64,000 nt of DNA from Octopus sinensis (Eukaryota): contig NW_021830031.1 in the NCBI RefSeq assembly GCF_006345805.1, positions 1-64,000 on the forward strand. Direction: 5' to 3'. Numbering within the stretch: the stretch's first letter is position 1; each line of letters begins with the position of its first letter. The notes under the pieces were generated by a model. The model searched no databases, was not told the DNA's origin, and saw only the letters and a program-made list of their open reading frames with translations. Below are positions 11,522 to 24,580 of this stretch, one piece after another. The translations under genes and the position numbers were made by a program.

Positions 11522-11781
11522 CACTGGTTCCCAAACTTTTTCAGGCTGCCGGCCCCTTAATACCCAGGCCACATTCCTAGTGCCCCCACCCCAACTAACC
11601 ATCATAAACATAGACCTCTTTCTGAATCAAATTCAAAGCAACTATTTTTCACAAATGAACCCATTATTTTGTTGCTTTTACATGAATCGCTACCCCATTA
11701 TTACCCAACTTTTCTTCAACGCACCCTTGGAGCTTTCCACTGCCCCCAGGGGTACAATACCGCCCAATTTGGGAACCACTG
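11522..11781. mobile_element. hAT (Charlie-like) MITE
   Basis: TIRs CACTGGTTCCCAAAC / TTTGGGAACCACTG. The 8-bp flanks GTCCAAAG and GTCTAGAG match at 6/8 and fit an NTCTAGAN-type TSD. Confidence 0.8.
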
Positions 11782-13105
11782 GTCTAGAGGAACAGGAAAT
11801 GACATGCTTTGTACAAGAACACAACAATCTTACAAATATGAGTGCCACATGCTTTCACTATATGTATATTAAAAGTGGATTGGTGAAGTGCAAGCTCTGT
11901 GTGAAGCAAATAAAATATATACATGAGTGGCTGTGTGGTGAGAAGCTTGCTTCCCAACCACATGGTTCCAGGTTCAGTCCCACTGCATGGCACCTTGGGC
12001 CTTGGTCCAACCAAAATCTACTATTATAGTAGATATCATACCTCCATACCCACAGTTTACACAGGTAGAGTAGAATAGTTAGTGGACTGTTATGTAGATA
12101 GATGCATGTGTCTGTGTATGTGTGTGGTGTGTGTGTGTGTGTGTGTGGTGTATGTGTGTGTGTGTGTGTGTGTGTGGGAGTGAGTAGGTGTGTATGCACA
12201 TGTGTTTTTTTTTGTATGTAAGCATATGGATATGAAAATAAACAGATCAACATACAGACGGATTAGGTACATAGGTTATAAGAACAGACATGCACACATA
12301 TGCAAATGGAGACATCACCATATATACACACACACTTTACTCCACACAAGGACGCATATGGAGACACGGGTCCACACATATGGAGATGCACATCTATACA
12401 TACAAACATGGTACATAGTTGCAAAACACACACACACACAGACATGCATACACATGGAGACAGAGGTGCATACATATACAAACACACGCTCTCACACACA
12501 CACACACATACATAGAAAATACACAAGCACGGACATGCAAGCACATGAATACGCAGAATACATACATACAGATGCACACACATACATATATACACATGCA
12601 TACACACACATATATACATACACACACATGCATACATACATACATACACACATATATACATATGTACATGCATGCATGCATAGGCACACACACACACACA
12701 CTGACCCACACACATGTGCACAAACAAACAAAAAGGAACACAGTGTAAATGACGGACAGAGTCAAGACTATTGAAAAGGTTGCAAGACACAACGAAAATT
12801 TTAGGAAAATAAAAATAAGAAATAAGTGGAAATTTTACCAGTGAGTGTGTTAAATTATAAGGCACAAAAAAGAAAATGACTCTCCCCAGACACAACAGTC
12901 TATATATATATATACTTTGGGTATGGTAGATGAGTTCAGCAAAAATTTAGATTCACAGGAATATGGTACTAAAGTTTGAGGCACCAGAATTGAGGCTGAA
13001 GATTGGTCTGCATTTTAAATAGATGTAATGATTGCATTGTTCAATCAAATGGAGTTGCATGAAACGATCGTACTGCATTACCTCTGGATATCCTTTTTGA
13101 TTATA

Positions 13106-13136
<31 letters not shown>

Positions 13137-13269
13137 CATAATTGCAGATGGTGATAGAGGATCTACAGACGTTGGGACTCACGGAGAGGGTGATAGGGGA
13201 CCAAGACACCTAGTGGTTTGTTGTGCTTGAAAAGACACATAAATCTAAGTGAAAGCGTGTTTGCCCTTG

Positions 13270-13440
13270 CATACAGGCTGGTGCTGCATAAAAGCACCCA
13301 GTACACATTAGGAAGGGCATCTTGCCATAGAAACGATGCCGAAGCAGACAATTGGAGCCCAAACAGCCCTTCAGCTGGTCAGCTCCTGTCAAACCGTCCA
13401 ACCCAAGCCAGCATGGAAAATGGGCATTAAATGATGATAT
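13270..13440 (+). mobile_element. RTE-LINE 3' end fragment
   Basis: TTAGGAAGGGCATC..CCAACCCAAGCCAGCATGGAAAATGGGCATTAAATGATGAT. Confidence 0.7.
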
Positions 13441-13453
13441 ATATACATAACAG

Positions 13454-13670
13454 TGGACGTGTGTGGCTTACTGGTTAGAGGGTTAGACTTATGATCGTAA
13501 GATTGTGATTTCAATTCCTGGACCAGGCAACATACGTTCTTGAGCCAGACACTTCATTTCATGTTGCTCCAGTACACTCAACTGGCAACAAGGAGTAATC
13601 CTGAGATGTACAAGCAACCCATCTGGAGGTGGGAGGAACCTGGCTCATTAAGTCTATATGACTCAGGGAA
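13454..13670 (+). mobile_element. SINE head D with tail 3 (degenerate)
   Basis: GGCTTACTGGTTAG..TTCAATTCCTGGACCAGG..TTCTTGAGCCAGACACTTCATTTC. Confidence 0.6.
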
Positions 13671-13747
13671 AGAGCAGTATCTTTTTATCTCCTTATACAT
13701 GACAGTGCAAAACCAAACCGTCCAACCATTGCCAATGATGACAATGA

Positions 13748-13788
<41 letters not shown>

Positions 13789-13800
13789 ATATGTATGTAT

Positions 13801-14006
13801 ATTTCTTTTATTCTTTTATGTGTTTCAGTCCTTGACTATGGCCATGCTGGATCACGGCCTTTAGTGCTCCAGCATATATATATATATATATATATATAAT
13901 ATAATATATCTATGTATGTATATATGTATGTATATTCTTTTATTCTTTTATGTGTTTCAGTCCTTTGACTATGGCCATGCTGGATCACGGCATTAGTGCT
14001 CCAGCA
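13801..14006 (-). repeat. Tandem duplicate of a SINE A1 tail fragment carrying a small foldback
   Basis: TTCTTTTATTCTTTTATGTGTTTCAGTCC..CATGCTGGATCACGGC..TTAGTGCTCCAGCAT occurs twice, about 134 bp apart. Confidence 0.7.
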
Positions 14007-14284
14007 TATATATATTATATATATATATATATATACATTTTAATACTTTGCAAGTACCACATCCTTGCATTGTTGTTTTTCTTTGTTTTCTTCGTTTTGG
14101 GATCAATTATATATATATCATTTTTGTATTCAATAACTATTGAAAGGGTTTCAAGTCACAATGAAAATTTATTAAAAAATAAGTAAATGAGTGGAAATCA
14201 GAGCAGTCTGTGTGTTAAATTAATAAGGCACTAAAAGAGAATGACTCTCACCAAACACAACATATATATATATGTATATGTATA

Positions 14285-14347
<63 letters not shown>

Positions 14348-14548
14348 CCTAAACTGGCTTCACTCTAGAGTGCTACTGGTAACATGTAAAACTAGAATAC
14401 CTGCTAAGCCTTCTTGATATACATGGTAGTTTTTAGACACCATGTGGGATGAACAAATAAAACCATGAGACCCACCAAAGGGTCAACAACATATCCAGAG
14501 ATATAGTGTGTGTGTGTGTGAAATGATAAAATTTTACATGTAGATAGG

Positions 14549-14868
14549 GGGTAAAGACCCCCTTCGGTCATGAATGACCATGGGATTGCATCTAGAAAGT
14601 TCCCCTCAGGGTTGTTTATAGAAGACCAGCAGTCACCCATGCATACCAGCCTCTCCTCTCCATGCCAGCAACATTATCCAAGGGAAAGGCAAAAGGTGAT
14701 ACAGCTTGGCACCTGTGGCATCACAACTCATTTCCACACCTGAGTGAACTGGAGCAACGTGAAATAAAGTGTCTTGCTCAAGAACACAACACACAGCCCA
14801 GTCCGGGATCACACTCACTACCTCATGGTTGTGAGCCAGATGCTCTGACCGGCTTCTAACCGCCTTCA
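14549..14868 (-). mobile_element. SINE D1
   Basis: Reverse complement of 15098-15425. Confidence 0.8.
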
Positions 14869-15097
14869 CTAGAACTTGAAGGAGACAACACAATAAATGG
14901 TAGTGTATAAATATTGGATTAAAAAACTTTTTCGGACTGAAGAAGTCAATGGTTGTTCATGTGACACAAACCTACAGTTGCTGGACATGTTTGTCATGTT
15001 TATAGAGACATGATCTCATGTCCAACAGGCAGCCTTTGACCTTTTCCGTACCAAGGGACTTTTTACCTAATATTTTACATACTACTATCTTATAGTG

Positions 15098-15425
15098 AAG
15101 GCGCATGGCTCAGTGGTTAGAGTGTCAAGCTTACAATTGTGAAGTTGTGAGTTCGAATCCCAGACCGGACTGCGTGTTGTGTTCTTGAGCAAGGCACTTT
15201 ATTTCACGTCGCTCCAGTTCACTCAGCTGTAGAAATGAGTTGCGACATCACAAGTGCCAAGCTGTATCGGTCTTTGCCTTTCTCTTGGATAATATTGATG
15301 GCATGGAGAGGGGAGGGTGGTATACATACGTAACTGCTGGTCTTCCATAAACAAACTTGCCCGGACTTGTGCCTGGGAGGGTAACTTTCTAGGTGCAATC
15401 CCATGGTCAGTCATGACCAAAGGTG
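15098..15425 (+). mobile_element. SINE D1, near full length
   Basis: GGCTCAGTGGTTAG (A box), GAGTTCGAATCCC (B box), CORE-like TTGTGTTCTTGAGCAAGGCACT, and a tail ending GGTCAGTCATGACCAAAGG. Confidence 0.85.
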
Positions 15426-15455
15426 GTTGTCAGCAGTATCATATATAGCCTCAAT

Positions 15456-15695
15456 GGAGGCATGTGGCTTAGTGGTTAAGGGGTTGTCCTCATGATCATA
15501 AGATTGTGGTTTCAATTCCTGGACCGGGCGACACATTGTGCTCTTGAGCAAAACACTTCATTTCACATTGCTCCAGTCCACTCAGCTGGCAAGAATGAAT
15601 AACCCTGTTGGGCAGGCATCCCATCCAGATGCGGAATATATACGCTACGAAATGGGGAAACTGGCCCTTGTGAGTCAGCATACCTTGAGAAGGTA
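15456..15695 (+). mobile_element. SINE head D with tail 3
   Basis: Same head as D1, then CAGCTGGCAAG..AACCCTG..GGCATCCCATCCAG..TACGCTACGAAATGGGGAAAC. Confidence 0.7.
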
Positions 15696-16156
15696 ACCTT
15701 TACTTTATATATAGTGTAATCTTCTTAAAGTTTTACAACTGAAAATGGATTATTTCATAGTCTCTCAAAGTGTCTAAATTCCTACAATATATATATATAT
15801 GTATATATATGTATGTATATATGTGTATGTATATATGTGCAACAGCTCGGAAATATTTGTTCTGGTGCCCAGATAAGCATTTAACCTAGGAGGGTTGGGC
15901 TCTAAGTAATGGCGAAGGCAACTAATCCAGGAAATGGAGAACTCCAATAGAAAACCTGGAGGTATGTTGTTCCTTGAATTTGCAGTAAACATTTGCACAA
16001 GTTTTCTACAATCAGCTTTTCCAAAACCTGAGACTGGTCCTTCATAAACCTTCACCACTGAAATCATATAATATGAGCGGGTATTATAACGGCTATAATA
16101 ATAGCTGATAAACTCTCATATGTTGAAATTTGACAGGAAAATACACTACACACACA

Positions 16157-16212
<56 letters not shown>

Positions 16213-16214
<2 letters not shown>

Positions 16215-16510
16215 AGGGATGACCACTACGTGGATATCCATTATGCTAGAAGTAGATCTGCTATGGTCTTACCACTAAGAAGGGAATGTTCTCAAGAAAA
16301 TTTAGCAAAATGCCAGAACGTCGAAGTGGTAAGATCATAGAGGATCTACTTCTAGCATAATGGATGTCCATATAGTGGTCATTCCTCTTATATGTATGTA
16401 ACATAATTTTTCTGAATCTTCAGATATTAGTATGCTAGACCACTGGATTTAAATTGATATTAATCAAATTAATATTCAATTTTTCACCCTTATTATTTTA
16501 AATTTAATAT
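16213..16510. mobile_element. Inverted-repeat element (64-bp arms, 16213-16276 and 16325-16388) plus a conserved ~120-bp flank; second copy at 45552-45840
   Basis: AGAGGGATGACCACTACGTGGATATCCATTATGCTAGAAGTAGATC.. versus its reverse complement. TA lies at both IR ends. The flank ..TTTTCTGAAT..ATGCTAGAC..TAAATTGATATTAAT is shared with the second copy. Confidence 0.7.
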
Positions 16511-16517
16511 ATATATA

Positions 16518-16706
16518 TATTCTTTTACTTATTTCAATAATTTGACTGCGGCCATGCTGGAGCACCCTTTAGTTAAACAAATCAACCCCAGGACTTGTTC
16601 TTTGTAAGCCTAATACTTATTCTATTGGCCTCTTTTGCCAAACTGTGTTGTCAAGCAATGGTGGCAGGGACAAAGAGAGATACACAAACATACACACACA
16701 CACCAA

Positions 16707-16745
<39 letters not shown>

Positions 16746-16904
16746 CACACGACTTTCAGTTTCCGTCTATCAAATCCACTCACAAGGTTTTGGTCAACCT
16801 GAGGCTATAGTAGAGGACTTGCCCAAGGTGCCATGCAGTGGAACTGAACCCAGAATTATGCGGTTGGTTAGCAAGCTACTCACTACACAACCACTCCTAC
16901 ACCT
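16518..16904 (-). mobile_element. SINE A1, full length
   Basis: Tail-to-head match to 18725-19140, with an internal (TA/CA)n tract. Confidence 0.85.
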
Positions 16905-17059
16905 ATGTTTTCGTCTTCTTTCCCGTTTACTCTGCTTTCGTCTAACTTTTCTCTTTGTATTCTTTCTGTTCAACCCTTGATAAATCCACATAGCGCAATG
17001 CACATCGTTCATTTCCTTTGTGGTAAAAAAATATTCCATGAATATTTTGGTGCCACTCT

Positions 17060-17336
17060 GAACCCTGTCTCCACTCTATATTTTTCTCCCTCTTTTCTCT
17101 GTCTGTCTCCCTTTCATTTTTGTTCTCTCTCTCTGTGTCTGCCAGCCCTTACTCTATCTTTCTCTCTTACTCTGTCTTTTTCCACCCGCTAATCTTACTC
17201 TCTTTTTCTTCATCCTTATCCCCACTTTCCGCCCTCTACCCTCTCTCCCTTTCTTACTACACTCCTTCATTCTCTCTCTCTCTCTCTTCTTTCTCTCTCT
17301 GCCATTTCCCCTCTCTTTCTACTTCTGTTCCTTCAT

Positions 17337-17376
<40 letters not shown>

Positions 17377-17410
17377 CCTCTTTCCCTCTCTCAACACTTC
17401 CCCTTCCATA
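17060..17410. repeat. Polypyrimidine (CT)n-rich tract
   Basis: Direct reading. Confidence 0.9.
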
Positions 17411-17959
17411 CCATGTGACCAGTGCCCAGATAAAGCAGAGTCATTCTTTTCCAACCTACCATTGACCAGACTGGTCATACTCTTGCTACATCAATGCTGT
17501 CCTCTAGGACTTACTCTATTTTCTCTTCGTGCAACCCCACTCTGTTTGACAGCTGCAAAGCTCTTTCAGTTGTATTTGTGGTATACGTATAATTACTGCT
17601 TTTCTCTTCATTTGTATATAGCCATAAGGCTTTTGGCTGTTATATATGCATAATACATTGTCTGTTGTATTTATATGTCTTGTTCGTTTCTGTCTTACCA
17701 CACATTCACAAACTTTTCCCCAGTAGCTTAATAAAAAGTACTGGCGCCTGCAAAATTGAGCAGTATCAAAAGTAACTGGTGTGAAACTGCTATGATATTT
17801 TGCATCTCTGACTGAAGAAAACTCAGCAGTGAATATTCTGTGTATGGTGTCGTCTAATTTCGGGTCTGTTTAGTTTTTGTCTACTTTCCCATTTATTCTG
17901 CTTTCGTCTAACTTTTCCCTTGGTTGAATTCTGTCTGTTCAGCCCTTAATATATATACC

Positions 17960-18125
17960 TATCATCATCATTAGCGTGGGTTGACAGTTTGACTGGGCTG
18001 GCACGCTGGAAGGCTGCACCACACTCCAGTCTGATTTGGCATGGTTTTCTACGGCTGGATGCCCTTCCTGACACTAACCACTCCAAGAGTGGAATGGGTG
18101 CTTTTACGTACCACTGGCATGGGTG
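17960..18125 (-). mobile_element. RTE-LINE 3' end fragment
   Basis: GGCTGCACCACACTCCAGTCTGATTTGGC..CTACGGCTGGATGCCCTTCC. Confidence 0.7.
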
Positions 18126-18343
18126 TCATTTGCATCACACACACACACACACACACATAAATATCAAACAATGATAATGAGTACCCAACATAACATTGGT
18201 GGATAAAATTTCTTTATTTGTGTATTAAGGCTACCATTGGTTTCATGTAAGAAAAATTCTTAATATCTTAGCAATCTTTCAAGCCAGTCACATGGAGGAA
18301 TGATGTTCATCTCTTTTTGGCTGTGTAATAAGAAGTTTGTTTT

Positions 18344-18724
18344 CAGCCGAAGGGTTCTAGGTACAGTCTCACTGCATGGAATCTTGGGCTAATGTCTTCT
18401 ACTACAGCGGTAGGCTGACCAAAGCCTTGTGAGAGGATTTGGTAGGCAGAAACTAAATGCAATCCATCATATATACATGTGTGTGTGTGTGTGTGTGTGT
18501 TTGAGCCTCCTTGTGTTGACATCGTGTGATAGTTGTAAAACGAATGCCATTCATTTCCAACATTCCGTGAGAGAACATGTCCGTTCATGGGGGTGGGGTG
18601 GGGGTGGGGAAATATTAATCTTGCTTGGAAGCAGGTGAGGGTTGGTGACAGGATGGGCATCCGGCTGTAGAAAAATTTGCTTCAATAAACTCCGTCTAAC
18701 CCATGCAAACATGGGAAAGTAGAC
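18344..18724 (+). mobile_element. SINE head A with tail A2, interrupted at the tail by the next SINE
   Basis: A body, then the A2 tail to ..CATGGGAAAGTAGACG. The remainder TTAGAATGATGGCGATGATG resumes at 19141. Confidence 0.7.
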
Positions 18725-18888
18725 GAGTGGCTGTGTGGTAAGTAGCTTGCTTACCGACCACATGGTTCCGGGTTCAGTCCCACTGCGTGGCACCTTGGGC
18801 AAGTGTCTTCTACTATAGCCCCGGGCCAACCAAAGTCTTGTGAGTGGATTTGGTAGACGGAAACTGAAAGAAGCCCGTCGTATATATG

Positions 18889-18930
<42 letters not shown>

Positions 18931-19140
18931 CGTGTATGTTTGTGTGTCTGTGTTTGTCCCCCTAGCATTGCTTGACAACCGATGCTGGTGTGTTTGTGTC
19001 CCCGTCACTTAGCGGTTCAGCAAAATAGACCGATAAAATAAGTACTGGGCTTACAAAGAATAAGTCTCGGAGTCGAGTTGCTCGATTAAAGGCAGTGCTC
19101 CAGCATGGCCGCAGTCAAATGACTGAGACAAGTAAAAGAG
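18725..19140 (+). mobile_element. SINE A1, full-length reference copy
   Basis: TGGCTGTGTGGT (A box), GGTTCAGTCCC (B box), internal (TA)n, tail GACTGAGACAAGTAAAAGAG. Confidence 0.9.
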
Positions 19141-19479
19141 TTAGAATGATGGCGATGATGATAAGGATAATATATACATATCATCATTTTAACATCTATT
19201 TTGCCATGCTTGCATGGGTCAGGCAGATTTTCTTCAGATGCCCTTCTTGTTACTAACCCTCATCTGTTTCAATGTGTGTGTGTGTGTGTGTGTGTGTACA
19301 CATGCATTGTGCATATGCGTATGTCTGCATATAATTGCGTGCATGAGTGTATGCACATGTGCATGAGCGTGTCTCTCCTTATTTTGGCATTGCGCAATAG
19401 TTGTAAACAAGCGTCTTCATCATCCATCGTTCTATCTGACCCATGCAAGCATGAAAAAAAAAAACCCAGACGTTTTGAA

Positions 19480-20235
19480 GATGATGGTGATGCTGATGGC
19501 AGTGATGATGGTGACAACGTTGATGATGATGATGGTGGTGGTGGTGGTGGTGGTGGTGGTGGTGGTGGTGGTGGTGATGATGTAAGAATTCAAATTAAAA
19601 TTGAAAAATATGATACCAATAATAGATAAAATAAGATACAGCAATTTCAACACCGCCACCAGCTGCTGCTGTGCAAGAACAACAACAGTAAGAACATCAA
19701 CAACAGCAACAACAACAACAATAGCAACAACAACAAAGCCTATTTCATTCTTTTGTAGTTCAGTCAATAGTTCTTTCTCCATCTCAAGATCATCACCACC
19801 ACCACCACCACAAATACCAGCCCCCCACCATCACACTGACAATCACATCATCATCACCACCACCACCACCATTGCTACTACAAACAACCCCCACCTTCCT
19901 ATTAACAATCACTTTATTGTCACTACCACCACTACTACCACTACTACAACAACTAAGACAACCCTCTTCCAAACCATCTACCACCACCCGTAGCTGGTTA
20001 ATCCCAGCATTGTTATCCCCACCACCACTACCACCCCTACTACTACAGAAGCTATAGTAACATCCACCACCTACACAACCACCACCACCACCATAATCAT
20101 ACCAACAATCACATCATCATCATCATCATCATCCTCACCATCATCATCATCATCCTCACCATCATTACCATCATGGCTAGCATTGCTACAGCAAGTCTCA
20201 TCTGAATGATTGCCACAGCAACCATCAGCAATGCC

Positions 20236-20269
<34 letters not shown>

Positions 20270-20612
20270 TCACCACCAGCATCATCATCATCATCATCAG
20301 CTTCATCATCGTAGTCATCCCTAATACAATAACCTTCAACCAAATTATCGCCACGGCAACGACTAAACCAATACCATCACCACAACCGCCACCATACCAC
20401 CATCACCACCACCACCACCACCACTACCACCACCACTACCACCACAGCTATTATCAAATTGACAATCACAGAATCATCATTATCAGCATCCTTATAATCA
20501 TCACGATCACCACTACTGCAGTCGCCGCCACCATCATACCAAGAGCCACACCATCGTCATCATCATCATCATCAACATGATAAACCATCAGGAAAAATAC
20601 CACCAATTACTT

Positions 20613-20645
<33 letters not shown>

Positions 20646-22356
20646 TCCCTAGGATTCAAATCAAGTAGTGTATCACGACAACCACCACAGCTGCAATAAC
20701 CTATACTACGAACGAACTACAACAACCACTAACCACCACTACAACACAAACCACTAACATTATCACAACTATTACTACTAATTCTACGACTACTACTACT
20801 ACTACTACTACTACACTACTATTAGTACTACAACTATGACAGCTGCTGCTGCTGCTACTTCTGGCATTACTATAGTAGCAACACTTCCACCAAGACAGTC
20901 TCTCCTATATCTGCTGTGTGGGAGTTTGCAGTTACTGGGGGGATTCCCCTGTTGTCAGCCACTACCATCGACGCCCTCATTATTGCCATCACCATCATCG
21001 CCATCACTGTCACCATCGTCATCATTACCATCATCGTCACCATCATCATCATCATCATCATTACCATCATCATTACCATCATCATCAACATCATCACCAT
21101 CATCATCATCCCCATCATCTTCACTATCATCCTCAGCATCATCATCATTACCATCATCGTCACCATCATCATCATCAACATCATCGTCACCATCATCATC
21201 CCCATCATCTTCACTATCATCCTCAGCATCATCATCATCATCACCATCATCATCACCAACAACACTAGCTCTGCAACCATCACTTTACCACCGCCGCCAA
21301 CACCGCCACGACCATCACCACTGCTCAATAATTATTCACTACTGCTACCACCACCACCACCACCATCACTACTACCTCCACAACCAACACCAACACTGCC
21401 AACATCACCACCATCACCATCAACCACAATCTATCACTACTACAACCACCACCACCACCACTATAAACAAAACTACTAACACTCTACCATTAGCATCAAC
21501 CCTAACCACAACACACTAGTACTGCACCGCAACCAACACACTGCTACCAATACTACTACCTCTACTACTATAATCATCATCATCATCATCATCATCACCC
21601 TGGTCTTAACAAGATCCCTATTATCATTAACCACCACCACCACCATCACACTATTGCTAAATCAAGACTAGCTTTACTACCCCAACACCTGACCGATATC
21701 CCCATCACAACCACCACCATCATCATCATCATCATCAACTGAAGCTGACCAATACCACCAATGGACCAGTCTGCTACCACCACCACCTCTCCACTACTAC
21801 AACACACCCATCATAAAACTACAACTACCACTGTTTAACTACTACCAATACCACAACTGCAGCAACCACTTGACTAAAACAAATAAATAAATAAAAAACA
21901 CCATTGCCACCACTAAATTAGAAATAGCAGTAAAATTTCCCTCAAATCTCCCACACTGTTCTTGTCTTGGCGACGCAGTGGATGGATTATGTAGGCATTT
22001 ACGTATAAAAGCCCTTAAAAGATGGGATGGTCATTCCTGGAACACATTTGCCTATGATGCATCTGCTCAGTTGAAGCTGACCTGGGGTTAAATATCAACG
22101 ACAACAACAACAACAGCAGCAATAACAACAACAAACAAGATCAATAATAACAACCATGAGTGGAAATCAGTTTATGCCTCTACAAGTGATCCCTGTGCTA
22201 GAAATAGCAGCCAAATTCTCGCTCAGGTGATACCCTACTGTCTGACAATAAATGAGATGGTCGTGGCTGAAATGCCCTTAGATCTGTATAGTAGACTTTC
22301 GCAAGTATCAGGGTTAAACAATAACAACAGCATCACCTAGCAAAGACCACTATCAT

Positions 22357-22391
<35 letters not shown>

Positions 22392-23050
22392 TACTACTAC
22401 TACTACTACTACCACATAAACACAGTCTAGCATAACCACTACTGCAACTACCACCAATGCCGCAATAACCACTACGTACAATCATGTGCATCGCCGCCGC
22501 CACTACCACCACCTACCACTGCCGAAACTACCACCACCACCTACCACTGCCGAAACTACCACCACCACTACCGACACAATGCTAATACTACCACATACAC
22601 TCAAACCAATGGCGAACACCACTACCACCACCGACACCACAACCAATACCACTACCACTACCGACACCGCAACCATCACCGCTAAACAACCCCCCCTACC
22701 ACCACCACCACCACCACCATCTTCGCCATCACATGTGTAACAGTGATGGCTTGTTACAGCAGCTCGAGCTTATCTGAGCAGTAACAGCCAGTCGCCCTCT
22801 CCATTCATCTCTCTCTCTCTCTCTGTTTCTCTCTAACAACAACAACAACGACAACAACAATAGCAGCATCAACAAAGCAGTCGGATGATAGTAGCAGTTG
22901 TAGTGGTGGTGGTGGTGGTGGTGGTGGTGATGGCGGCGGCGGTGAAGTTGACGACGGCGACGGCGATGGCGGCGGCAGTTGCGGTGGGGTTGCGGTGGGG
23001 TTGCGGTGGTGATGATAAAAGGAAACGAGTGGGAAGAAGAGGAAGGGAGG
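19480..23050. repeat. Trinucleotide low-complexity field ((CAT)n, (CAC)n, (TAC)n, (CAA)n, (GGT)n)
   Basis: Direct reading. It includes a 90-bp duplication (CCCATCATCTTCACTATC at 21111 and 21201). Confidence 0.9.
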
Positions 23051-23149
23051 GAGGGAATGGTAGAAGACTGCACTTGCAACAGTTCCATAGATGGATCGAT
23101 ATCAACCTAGAGATTGACGAGGAGGAAAAAAGGTGGAAAAACTACACAC

Positions 23150-23570
23150 AAAACACTCGGGCGCAACACGTATACACACACACACACACACACACACATA
23201 CATACACACACGCAACACAAATGCACACGACACATACATACAAAACACACACTCATACACGCACACGAAAGCAACACACATATATATATATACACAATAC
23301 AATACATACGCACACCTCAGACGGCATGCATACACAAGCAACGCGCGCATACTGCCGTACACACACACACACACACACACATACATACATACATACATAC
23401 ATACACGGATATCTGCACCAGCACAGACGCATAGATGCAGCACAAATACACGCAAACACATACAAGCACAAACGCACATACATACACAGGCAACGTACGT
23501 ACACATACAAAATCCACACCACACACATAATACGTGCACAAATACAAGCACATACACACATACACACACA
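23150..23570. repeat. (CA)/(TACA) compound microsatellite
   Basis: Direct reading. Confidence 0.9.
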
Positions 23571-24371
23571 GAGGCAAACAGCCTCTTGTTCACAGGGATG
23601 GCACAATGGTTGATAAGGATGGTATTGTGAAGACAATGGGTTGGCAGTTGCTGTTGTTGTCGTTGTTGTTGTTGCAGTAGTAGTAGTAGTAGTGTTGGTG
23701 GTGGCAGTATTGTCTTTGTTATTGTTTAGCCCCAGGTCAGCCCTGATTGAGTAGACCTATGATCAAAAGCTTTGCGGGGCCGTGATCATCCCATCATTTG
23801 TCATTCTAGCAGCACATAGATCTACATTAATCAATATATATATATATGTATGCATGTATGTATATCCATTCTTTTTTTTTTTTTTTTCGCCCACCCAACC
23901 ATGACGATCGGGGAAAGATTTGAAGGAGACTTGGCTGCTGTTTCTAGCAAGTCGAGCAACCACCTTAGAGATTGCTTGACTCCTCTATGAGATTTCCTCC
24001 TTGACTTTAAGTCATGGTGGCAGTGGTGAACATTTTCGAGGGATGCATTTAAGCTATATGCAAGAGACACAGAAACAGCTAGCTACATAGCTATCTGTCT
24101 ATCTATATATACCAACCTATCTACATCTATCTGTCTATTTTAACGATTTGCATCTAATTGCATAGATTAGGAAGACAGACAGTCTAACTGGTAGACAAAT
24201 GCCTACATAGCGAGCTAAACAGATAAACTGACAGCAAGCTAAACGCATAGACAACTAAATAGATAGACAGCTAAATGAATAGATAGACCGCTAAATATAT
24301 AAAGAGACAGACAATGAGGAATAAGGGACACAGGTAGAAACATGAATGAACACGGACAGTAATGCGTGTGT

Positions 24372-24580
24372 GTGTGGTAGCATGTGGCCTAGTGGTTAGG
24401 GTGCTGTACTCCCAATCGCTAGACCAAGGGTTCAGTTCCCAGGCTGAGTGGTGGCGTTGTGTTCTTGAGCAAAACGCTTTTGTTTCATGTTGCTCCGGTC
24501 GATTCAACTGTGAATGGGTAACCCTGCATTGGACTATCTTTCCGATCGCGGGTAACGTTGACCTGGTCTCATTCGAAAGC
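24372..24580 (+). mobile_element. SINE head D with a tail-3-like end
   Basis: GGCCTAGTGGTTAGGG..GGGTTCAGTTCCC..TTGTGTTCTTGAGCAAAACGC..AACCCTGCATTGGACT. Confidence 0.6.

Larger units (their letters stand above)
12770..14262 (+). repeat. Two diverged copies of an unclassified ~130-bp repeat (12770-12900 and 14138-14262)
   Basis: CTATTGAAA(A/G)GGTT..GTGTGTTAAATT..AAGGCAC..AATGACTCTC..ACACAAC in both copies. Confidence 0.6.

Noticed and set aside
15098-15175. tRNA gene calls at SINE heads (also 18725, 26131, 62517)
   Set aside because: They have A/B boxes but no complete cloverleaf, and they continue into repeated SINE bodies.
19432-21519. Poly-His/Ile/Ser/Asp ORFs
   Set aside because: These are trinucleotide repeat artefacts.
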